Positions 53,400 to 64,000 of a stretch of DNA of 64,000 bases are shown here, piece after piece. Each line of letters starts with the position of its first letter. Within the stretch, counting starts at the first letter, position 1. Position numbers and translations under genes: made by a program. The stretch is from Octopus sinensis (taxonomy: Eukaryota): NCBI RefSeq assembly GCF_006345805.1, contig NC_042997.1, forward strand, positions 11,904,001 through 11,968,000, in the 5' to 3' direction. The notes below the pieces were generated by a model. It was not told where the DNA came from, ran no database searches, and saw only the letters and a program-made list of their open reading frames with translations.

Positions 53400-53799
53400 G
53401 CAAACTGCAACCGTGGTAATAGTTAATCACAGCTGTGTTTCAAGGAAGTGTAATAACTGAGTATATTAAGTATAAATTACTCAAGTATGAATTTCGCTAT
53501 GTTACAGGTAGGAACCAGAGAAAATTAATGACTCTATACAGCTGAAATAGAAGTAAGAAATAAATCATTATTAAAGGAATAAACGTTTTAACGAACTGAT
53601 TTATATCCAGCATGAAGTTAATCAAAATTTACCACTAGCATATTAGTTTGGACGAACATAAACGTAAAGTAACCGGAAGATAATAGTTGTCTAAGTATAT
53701 AATCATTGTCTAAGAATATAAAATAACAATTGCCAAAATGTATAAAATATTGCTAAGTTACTATTCGTGTATATAGATTACGGAGATTCATTAAAAATT

Positions 53800-54780
53800 A
53801 ATTGAGAATGTGTAACGAGCAGTTCATTATGCATGCATTAATGTATCTATGCTGATAGAAAGATTTATGAAATAATGATATCTTATCTGGAAGAGGTTAA
53901 TTGCTCGAATGTTACCTGAGTAAGTCCTTAAGTTATTCAGTTATAAAACGAAACAAAATATTGTGTAATGCATCTGGTTAAACAACATAGGAACAATTAT
54001 AGGAAAGTTAAAAAAAGGAAAGGGAATTTCACATTCCCGATGGGTATGTAAAAATGTTATACAAACCATATCATGTGGAATACGTTATAATTACTTAACT
54101 ATAGCTGTAATTTGTAAAATAATGGATTGTAAATTGATTTTAGGATGTACCGGGCTATGGTGTAAGATATTTTCTGGATGGGCCCATTAACAATTTGAAA
54201 GATTGTAATTAGGAGAGTTTATCCATGTTTACATGTTTGAATAATGATAATGATAGAGATCAATAGTAAAATTTTGGCGTTGATATACAAAAGTAATTTA
54301 GGTTTTAATGATCTTTTAACGAATTGTAATTTAATTGTATGCTCCCAACAGGTTGCTAAAATGGCCGAAAAGGAATTCAAGTTGTAATAACTGTATTCTA
54401 CAAGTAATTGGGTGGTTTCGATAAATACTGGTTGTGGGAGGTATTGGAGAACATATTTGGCAATTTACTAAAAACAATTATAATCTAACAAAAACCGAAT
54501 GCATTTTAATAAACATTTCTGCACGTTCTCGATTAGGCGTCCTCATCAGAGAAGAATCAAAGCTTATGTCCTTGAGGGTTTTTAACAGCTTGACAAGGGT
54601 AAAAAGATTTGCCTGTGTTCTTAGTACATAAGACTTGTATCAAATATCCTTTTGTACTCCAGTTCTGATAGTCCACTACGACATCAGACATTCTTTGGTA
54701 ATGATCCCATTGATTTCCCGGGATCATTATTGATAATGTTTTAAACCTGTTGGATGAACCGCAGTCCTTATAGTGTGTGA
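53800..54780 (-). mobile_element. Highly decayed PLE-type reverse transcriptase remnant
   Basis: Frameshifted motif echoes FD.KSL(C)T (RT3-like, about 54620-54650) and LDYNCF...KYVLQ (before RT4); many stops. Confidence 0.4.
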
Positions 54781-55145
54781 ATGTTTAGAATATATTTTTT
54801 TCCGTTTGATACACTTAAAAATTGCCCACAAAAATTCCATCCGAACACTCAGTACAAAACGAAGTTGGGAATTTCTAAACGCCATGCTCTGCGCATGTGT
54901 TAAGGATATCTGCGTGTCTTTTTATTTCTAGGGTCTGCATTTTATCTGCAATGAGAGATATGAAAGAAATAAAAATATCTTATTTCGTTTGAAGTGTAAT
55001 TTACTGAAAATTAAGTTTCTTCAAATAACCCTTCTCATACTGCATGAAATGAGAAGTAAAGAATACCCTTCGCATAGCTACGAAATGGGAGGTAACGAAA
55101 AGGTCAATAAGAGTTATAAGTATAATTTAGATATGTAATAGGTTC

Positions 55146-55590
55146 AGGCATGGCTGTGTGGTAAGAAGTTTGCTTCTCAACAATATGGTTCCGGGTTCAG
55201 TTCCACTGCATAACACCTTGAGTAAGTGTCTTCTACTACAGCTTCGAGCCGACCAAGGCCTTGTAGTTACATTTGGTCGACAGAAAGTGAAGGAAGCCTG
55301 TTGCATATATATGTGTGTATGCGCGCACACATATGTTTGTGTATATGTAAGTGTGTGTGCGTGCGTTCGTGTGTCTTTGTGTCTGTGTTTGTCCGCCACC
55401 ACCGCTCGAAAACTGGTATTGGTTTGTTTACGCCCCCGTAAACTAGCGGTTCGGCAAGAAAGTGATAGAATAAGATCCAAGCTTTTGAAAAAGGATTTGT
55501 GTTGATTCGTTCGATTGAAAAGCCTTCAAAGCGATGGCTCAGCATGTCCACAGTCTACTGACTGAAACATATAAAAGATAAAAGAAGTTA
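55146..55590 (+). mobile_element. Composite tRNA-derived SINE (family B + body)
   Basis: ggcatggctgtgtggtaag...ggttcagttccactgc...ctagcggttcggcaag...gactgaaac. Confidence 0.85.
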
Positions 55591-55626
55591 TTCTTTTGTA
55601 GATCTGAATGTATTGTCAAACTCTCA

Positions 55627-55997
55627 TCTCTCTATATATAAACGGCAGTTTGTCTGTGTGTGTGTCTGTGTGTCTGTCACGTTGTACCCTCACCCTGACC
55701 ACGGCTTTCAATCAAGGATTCTGATGAACTACACACACATAGCCCAATGTCATAATTCAAAACTAACGCAGCGAAAATTTTGAAAAGTTCCCCCCAGTTC
55801 TGAAAAAAATCGAAAATTCGACATGGGGTCGAGAATCAGAAACACAAACCACAGACTGTCTAGGGGACGAACTCGACTTTATAACTAAAAAAAAAAATTT
55901 ACCATCATTTCTTTTCCATTTTTTGGCTATAACTCTCTAAAAATGCTTTATAGTTATTTCCCTTACAAACCCGAGGAACGCCTGGCGATACTGCTAG
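55627..55997 (+). mobile_element. Non-autonomous Helitron-like element
   Basis: A|TC start at 55627, subterminal hairpin remnant cccgaggaacgcctgg, CTAG|T end at 55994-55997. The 3' about 90 bp matches 41443-41530(-). Confidence 0.75.
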
Positions 55998-56759
55998 TCA
56001 GCTTATATTTGGGATGTAATGGAAGGTACATAGTAATCGACCTAGTATTATTAAATGAAAGATAAATATATGATGTGAGATACAGCAAATTCTGGGAAAA
56101 CATTTTTAAATCTAAAGAATAAGAAGGAAGTATCAATAGTGGGTATATGAATTTGGAAACGCACCTCAAGTCTTTAAAATACTTATTTTGAAATTCGTAG
56201 AATTGTGAAACCGGTTTAGTAAGCGAAAATAAATGTTATTAAAGACTACAGGAACATTTTCAACTTCACTCTTCTCTACACTACTACACGTGTGATGAAG
56301 AGCGTTTTATCCTGTATAAAGGCGCACACGCGCACACACATACACACATGTGCATATCTAATGCTATAGTTATTAATTTTATTCATAATATTCACTTCAA
56401 ATTTTAGCTCAAGGCCAGTAATTTCGGGTGAGAAGCTTAGTCGTGATTTCCGTTGTTTTGTACCTGCCAAGAAACACACTTTGTTGTGTTTGTGTGTGTG
56501 TGTGTTTGTGTGTATGTGTGTGTGTGCATACATACATATATGTAATAATATTACAAGAGGAGAGTCAGTGACATCGAAGTTTCTGACTTTTACCATTTCT
56601 TGGACTGCTGGACAATCCGTCAATAGCTAATTGGATGAAACTTCAAAGTCACTGCCACCTCTCTTGTAAACATACAAATATGTAATCGACTAGTATTCAG
56701 TAATTCTTCAGTCTAATGAGATTTTTTAAAAAATACAGCTCACCATAAAACCAATTAAA

Positions 56760-57730
56760 TCTTCTGTCTACGTTCCTTTGCGTCACATGGGCTCAACTCA
56801 CCTTCTCTCTTCATCTGATACCAACCTCACCTCCTCTCTTCATTTGACATTTACCCACACATTCCCACTCACTTCCCACATTCAACTGTCCCCCTCCACC
56901 TACAAACCACTATACAATCCCATACACATTGTTCAACTCATTAATACTTCACACACCGTCACACACACACACACACAACACCTTCCCACTCCACACACTA
57001 GCATTGACCACTTCTCAGCACCCTCTCCACACACCATCATCTACACATCCACTCACATCTTCAGTAGCGTCACAACACATACCACTATACGAGCAGCCAT
57101 ACACATTAACTTAGTACACATACCACACACCATCATGCACACTCTCACACCCACACAAGCACCTGAACACAGACAACATACACACATACACACTCACACG
57201 CTACACGCCTATACACACGTAACACACATAGACAAGCATAACTTTGACCACATATATACACTATGCACATGCACACTATTTGGCCACAGACACACACATA
57301 CATACACACACATACACATGTGCACAGACCACGTGAAAAAGCACACATCAACTGCTATACAAAACACACACACATACGCTACACACGCGCATACACACAC
57401 AAGCACAGACACATACACACACGTCTAACTCACTCGCCCCACTCACACGCTCACACACACCATTCTCGCATATACATATACGCTTGCGCACCTTAGCTTG
57501 TTGGGTTCACTACCACAAATATTATCTTCCTTTCATTCAACCTCATTTTTTTCCCAATGATCACCACATTTTTTTTCATTCTCTCTGTTTATTTCCTCTT
57601 ATTCCTTTCTTTCAAAGCACGTAGTCTCGAAACGTAAAATACATTTCGAGTTTTCCCGAGCGTCAAAGTAATACACTTGCTTGTTGTTCCTACACCTCTC
57701 TACGTCTTTTGTTTTCCTGTAAATTTGAAG
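56760..57730 (+). mobile_element. Neptune-like PLE 3' fragment (ORF tail + CA-rich UTR + pLTR)
   Basis: FCLRSFASHGLNSPSLFI* matches the FSLCSFALHELTSPPLFI* end of the 30055 ORF; ends in a repeat similar to 8820-8990. Confidence 0.7.
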
Positions 57731-58254
57731 TATATATACATATATTTGTATACCCGTGTCTTCAACAGTAAGTGTATTTTAAAAATGATAAGCTCTAGAT
57801 ATATTAGAGCGTCTTTATAATATACATTTCATATATCTGATAAAAACTGTTATAATAGTAATAATTAGATATTTATTAAAAATACTTCGAAGGATTTGAT
57901 TCAAAGAGAATTCAATATGAGAGAAAATTTCATATAAATTGTTTTAATATTTTATAGAAGCTAAACTGACAAAAGATACTTGTTGAAGATTTCGCCAGTG
58001 ATTATTTTATTTAATCATTGGTGATCGTCACCTGTCAAAAAGAAAGACAAAAATGACAGTGACACATACAATGCTAGTTATTCTTATTCATGACACGTGC
58101 AGTGATTACTTTAGGTCATATGCGAATGATATTGTGGACGACTTGAACTTGTAGCATTCTTTAGTTCTACCACTGCAATATAATTTAATATAATTTAATG
58201 TAATTTAAAACGTCCACACTTCTTCGTCTGGCCGAACTTATTATCTCCCTTAAC

Positions 58255-59695
58255 TGCTTCTTGTTCGTGGTGGAGTTTTACCGACAACCTCGGGAGTTGC
58301 TATGGGAACGAGAATGGGCCTCAGCCATGCGAATCTGTTCGTTGGCTACGTTGAGGTCCAAGATTCACTGGTCCCACTCCCGAACTATACGTTCATTATA
58401 TTGATGACTATATAGGTGCGACGTCACTCTCCCGCAAACAATTAGACTCCTTCCTCTCTGTTTTCCCAATCCTTCCATCCTGCCCTCGAATTCTCCTGCA
58501 CCATTTCCAACACTTCCGTCGCCTTTCTCGACATTTCGGTCAACATATACAAATCCGCTCTCACTACCTCCATCCACTACAAACAAACCGACTCACGCTC
58601 ATACCTCAAATTCTTCTCTCACTCTATCCACACCAAGCTCTCTATTCCCTATTCCCAGTTTCTCCATCTGCACAGGCTCTGCAGTGACAACCATGACTTT
58701 GAGACTCAGTCTCAACTCATGGCTCACCACTTCAGCCTTCGTAGATATTCCTTCACCACTATCCACACCGCCCTTGCTAGAGTACTTCCGTTGACTGTGC
58801 CTCTGTTCTCTCTTCCGACACCCGCCCCGCCGTTGCCCGCCTTCCGTTTTCTCTCCACCCTGCCCCTCCAACGCCCAATTCTCCGAGCCTTCTGGTGACT
58901 CCAGTCCAAACCCTCTACTTCGCACACCTACTCTAACCTTCCTTTAAACGAGCTCACAATCAACGTGACCTCCTGGTCCTCATTTTATTCTCCAACCCCA
59001 TCTCCCAACCTGGTTCGTTCCCCTGCCCCCGCCCATGCTGCTGCACTTGCCCCTACTTCTCCAACACCACCATCCTCACAGGCACCCATCATGGTCCCTA
59101 TCGTATTACTGGCCCCTTTACCTGCGCTTCTAGCAACGTTATTTATTGCATCTCCTGTTATTTCTGTCTTGGCTGACTGGTTTGCGGAGCACCTTCCAGA
59201 CGTTGGACTCGGCAATGCCACCCCTGTCTGTGATCGGAAAGTCTTTCCACATGGGCTATTCGGACTCACGCATTCAACGTGAATAGGAATAAAACTTCTC
59301 TCTTCGCCCCTTTGCGCCACATGGGGTCAGCTTCCCTCCTCTCTTCTATTGACATCTATTTCCTCCCTTCACTCCTACCCACCTCTCCATGCCTTGATGC
59401 CCCCCTCCGTCAACACCAGAAACATACCACTCCCACATACCCCACACCTAACCCCAACATCCTCAATCCGAACACACACCACACCACATCATCTCTCACA
59501 CACTAGTCCTCCCCACTTCCCAGCACCCACACCATCATCGAACAGTCACACATTACAGACGCACACATTTACACGTCAAAGTCTCCTGCCCCTATCCACG
59601 CGCGCACACACACACTCACATACACACAGGCCCGCGCACCTTTGCTTTGGGATCACTAGTTCTTTATTATCTCTCCTTCTTCGTAGCTCTCCTGT
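58255..59695 (+). mobile_element. Neptune-like PLE, decayed (RT4-RT7, thumb, partial GIY-YIG, 3' UTR)
   Basis: GVAMGTRMGLSHANLFVGYVE; YIDD at 58397-58408; FLDISV; HYKQTDSRSYL; DNHDFETQSQLMA (identical to the 30055 ORF); SNVIYCISC with the YIGQT segment deleted. Confidence 0.92.
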
Positions 59696-59716
59696 CTAAC
59701 TACCTTTGTAATTATG

Positions 59717-59807
<91 letters not shown>

Positions 59808-59839
59808 TTTATTTTAAGCAGCAGAAAATTCAACAAAAT

Positions 59840-59877
59840 CTGTTACTCTGAGTTTCTCGTTGCCGTTCATCAGACAG
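59840..59877 (-). ncRNA. Minimal type I hammerhead ribozyme
   Basis: ctgt-CTGATGA-a cg gcaa cg a-GAAACTCAGAGT-A-acag: stem I ctgt/acag (extendable), near-palindromic stem III ACTC-A-GAGT, GUA site at 59844. Abuts a long (TA)n. Confidence 0.75.
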
Positions 59878-61126
59878 TTTTTGTTAGAATGGAACCGATA
59901 TATCAATTCAATCTAGACTCTTACAAACGCTACACCTTTAAAAAGAAATGGACTTGTTTGATTGGCCCTTTAGAAAAAAACCGTCAATCTTCGAGCGATA
60001 AACAAAAAGGTCAAAAATATATGTATATATATATAAAAAAGCTTATAAAAATTATAAAATCCGAGGAAAAAACCTTACATTGAATAAAATACATATTGAC
60101 ATTAATGAAGAAAGTATAAATTAATTCATAGGAATTAAACCTGTTATAAATATTACACTGCAATACATATTTTTATTAAAATGTGCATATATATATCAAC
60201 ATACACAAAAAGGATGCGCGCCAACGCCATACATATACAGACGTATGAATATAAATCTAAATATACACATAAATGCATGTGTACATATATACACGGAAAA
60301 CCATCTCGCACGCAAGTTAAAAATCATGTATGTAGCGATTCTCATATACTGAGTAAGGGGGGGAACGAAAGAAAGGAAGAGAGAGAAAAAGGAACGAAGG
60401 AGGGGTGGGGAAAAAAACGAAATAAGAAAAAATTATGTATATAATCTGTGTAACGGCGTTATTGGCATATATGGAGACAAGTATACAAAGTTCGTATGGA
60501 TACATACATACAGTCGTGTATATGTGTGCTTAAGCACAAACATACTCTCACTTACACATACACAGATACGCATGCTTACAAATACATATCCTCGGCTATA
60601 CACATACTTACATCAACATTTTAACTTTGACAACATTGCTTTTTTTGAAAAAAACATTGCTTTTTTTTAAAAGAATGGGTGCATTAATAAAAATATATAC
60701 GAAAGACATATAAAATAAAATAACACCCTATTTTGGATCATTTATAAATAATCAAGGTAATATAAATAATCAAGGTAATCCTATACAATACAGTAACCTG
60801 AAAACAGGGTCGAAGGTTTTTTCTGATGTATATGTAGAAACATAAGACTTTGCTATACGGATTAAGATCCGCATAGCTTGGAAAACAAAATCCATTGTAG
60901 CGCTCATCGTTCAAGAGTCAAAATCAAAATTTCAAAAATCAAAAATACAAAATATATACTCTATCCATATGGTATATTTATATTCGACATTTTAAATTTA
61001 GCCGCGTGCCTACATAAGTTCATTAGCTCGCTTCTTTGATTCAAAGAATTATTGTCTTTGAATAAGATGTACATTTTTTCTAATAGACAAAGTTATATAT
61101 ATATATATATGAGTATATATATATAT

Positions 61127-61328
61127 GACCGCGTGTGTATCGTTGGCGATTTTCTTTCTCCGGCCTCCCTTCCTTGGACCTTTCCTTTTTCTATGTTACT
61201 GACGAAGAGCTCCGCTTGAAACGTTAAATCCTCCTTCTTTCTTTCCTTTCCTCAGCATCCAATGACACTATACTTGTTCCACGACCTCGCATTGTTGTGT
61301 TTTTCTCTTTGTGCTTTCATGTTTGGAT

Positions 61329-61333
<5 letters not shown>
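61127..61333 (+). mobile_element. Family H1 pLTR-like repeat (copy 3)
   Basis: CTGACGA-a-gagc tcc gctt-GAAACGT-T-aaat; homologous to 11506-11710; flanked by (TA)n. Confidence 0.8.
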
Positions 61334-61366
<33 letters not shown>

Positions 61367-62479
61367 TACATACACATACTGTATACCTATTTGTCTGTCT
61401 TTCTTTATGTAGACTTACGTATGTATGTGGGTGTGTGCGTACATGTTTGTGCATACATAGCTTGAGGCTATTATAAATATCAGGTGGTCGAATGTTTGTA
61501 GCACTAGAAACTCTCTAAGCAGATCAAACGGAATTTCACTCCTAGAAACACCTCACTTCCTTAGATAAATCCCTTTGGTCAAACGTACCTAAACCGTGAC
61601 CCAAACTAAAACTGAGGCTCATAGTCTAGAGTAGACGAACCATTTTATAAAGTAAAATGGCTTTTCACTAAGCACTTCAAGCCCTTACACTCAGCGGTTA
61701 CGTCGACAGCGCCAACAAAGTCAAAGGTCACAATTCTATACTTACATGAACTACATACCTTTTACCTTTGGCGTCCTTCCTACCAATTCTAATGTATGTG
61801 CTATTTTTGCTCTTCACCTCATAACCGAATGCATCACTAATCTATTCTTCTACAATTCTGTAATGCTTCAGTCTTCGAATCTCAGACTTTCAGGAACTCA
61901 TGATCTCCGTCTTGAGTAACACAAACTGCCTATATGATGGGTCCTCATTCGAAGAAATTTCAGGATTAACGATGCACTCAAGCCTGTCTGGGTTGTAGTC
62001 TGCAACGAATTTATGAAACAACATGAGAGCAAGATTCTTAGAATCTGCTTTTATTGCGATTCGTCTCCGGTTATGTGGACGATATTTCCATTCTCATTTC
62101 GTTCTATGGAGAGGCTGTCAGATTTTTCAAAAGTTTAACTTAATTGAGTATACCATCATCAACAAATCACTATCCCTACTAGTTTCTCACTCCTATTTTC
62201 TTTCTCTCGGTGTGTGTGTGTGTGTGTGTGTATGTTGTATTAGGTTGGTGTGGGAATCAACCTCTCAGTTGATCCAAGGCTGCTTACGTTCAAAGTGTAG
62301 TTTCTTGAACCTACATCAGTGCATGAGGCGATACAGAAAACCTTCAACACTAAGGAATTATATTAATTATATCAATGTTAACATGTTTGTTAGTATACAA
62401 AGGATTTGTTTTCTCTCCTCTAATATTATAACCTCTTTGCTCTCTTTTCGGATCCTTAACGGGTTTAACGAACCATAAC

Positions 62480-63330
62480 AACTTTACATTATTTTATTGT
62501 TCCCCAGCTTTTATATGGCTGTTTGTTGGGAGATGGTTCTAGTTTGATGTATATAAAGTCTGTGAAGCTAATATGTGAGTTGTTATGTACTAAGTCGAAT
62601 TCTTTAAAATCTTTATGAATAATTTGCATAACATTTCAATAATATCCATTCCTGTGATAAGGCTCTATAAATATCTATTTCTTGGATAATATGTGTTTTC
62701 TTATTGTACCTAAGATAAACAAGCTCTACTTCAGTTACTCAAACATATATACTAAAAAAAATTTGCTCAAGTTGACATCGGGCAGTTGCTTTACTGCAAA
62801 GTCAGTCTTGATCAAGTAGAATCAAAATTGATCTGGCCCCGACTATCTTGCCATTTTCGACAATATATCTAAATGTTCCATTTTATCTTTCTTTTTATAA
62901 ACGACATACTGTTGACTGAAGAATATTTATTTCTAGTAGGTCTAGTGTACAGGCTCCCTCGTTGATTGCCTTGCTGCATTTCGAAATTTTGAAAGCAAAT
63001 TTGTTCTCTCTATGTTCACTGTTATATCTTTTAACACGGGAGTATTTATTTCCTTTTATTATTTAATAATACTTTCCCCATTGTCAACGATATTTTTTTT
63101 TTAGGTAGAGATTTTTCACAATATTTCTTTGTATTTCTTCATAAGGGTATCTGAAGCTCCGTTGTTCCATTTTAAATCTGTCTTTCATTTTCATCATTGG
63201 AGAATATAGCCGAACTATTGAGTGGTTTTATAATAGATTGTTGTAGGATATTAAATGAAGCATATTCTGTATGTAGTAGGTTATTAAACAAGGAGTGATA
63301 TTATATATGCTGTAGAATATTAAAGAAGCC
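62480..63330 (-). mobile_element. Possible highly decayed PLE 3' region
   Basis: Motif echoes RYPYEEIQRNI (cf. NGYP..FI), LVYMFE and FIYIKLEPSPNKQ (cf. EA..IK..KPSLN.Q); many stops. Confidence 0.4.
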
Positions 63331-63758
63331 TATAGGTAAGTGCTTCATCTCTCTGACCTAACTTTAACATACATCGAAGTAGCTTCGGGTGATATACACA
63401 AACACACGCACACATATAACGCATGGTTACTGTATTACTGTATATATGTGTATATACTGAAGTGCTCAATGCATGTAAAGTGCGTAGTCTTTGTTATATG
63501 TATGAAAGTTAGTATGTAATTAAATACACGCTGTAATAGTTGGGTTGAAACTAGCGACCTTACTAGTTGTGAAGAAAACTTAGTCAATCCTAACTCTGCT
63601 TTGCATTCATTGACGTTTCTTCGTATTTACCCGGAAAATCCAAGATTTCCATTGAATTATATTCACACACACTTGCGCGCGCACACACATGTATAGACGC
63701 ATCAGATGTGTGTGTGTGTGTGCGTATGCGTGCAAGTTTGTATATATACATAAGAAAT

Positions 63759-63789
<31 letters not shown>

Positions 63790-64000
63790 CACATACGTAT
63801 TACACACATTAAGGGAGTAAATACATTTAATAACTTGTGTTCTTTTTTCCTTAAAGCTATTCATGTTATTATGATAATTTCTATTTAAATCAGAACTCGA
63901 GGTACTCATGATTACCAATTACCATTCTTAGTTTTTGTCATCAATCTGGCTTAATTAACTGAAGCAAGGAATTGAACTCGCTACAATTGGGAATCAAATC

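Noticed and set aside
56182-56223. TTGAAAT...GAAACCGGTT hammerhead-like motif
   Set aside because: A9 is altered, stem II is unpaired and the stem I register is off by one; at most a decayed relic, not counted as a ribozyme.

Overview
Eukaryotic, AT-rich, microsatellite-saturated non-genic DNA. The SINE families and repeat landscape look like an Octopus genome (inference, not verified). I find no supportable host protein-coding exon: almost all ORFs in the track are translations of (TA)n, (CA)n, (AAT)n or (ATCT)n tracts. The window holds one intact tRNA-Gln(CTG), one 100-N scaffold gap, many tRNA-derived SINEs (several in tandem), two short Helitron-like elements, decayed RLE-type and RTE LINE fragments, and at least five Penelope-like element (PLE) remnants with RT and/or GIY-YIG motifs. 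The most notable signal is about 20 type I hammerhead-ribozyme (HHR) motifs from several unrelated repeat families. Most have short palindromic stem III (dimer-type), and the catalytic 3-8 base pair covaries as C-G, U-A and A-U. Several lie in tandem-plus-inverted non-coding units (about 473 and about 545 nt) embedded in (TA)n, resembling PLE pseudo-LTRs or retrozyme-like elements. All folds and alignments were done by eye, and element boundaries are approximate unless stated as exact.
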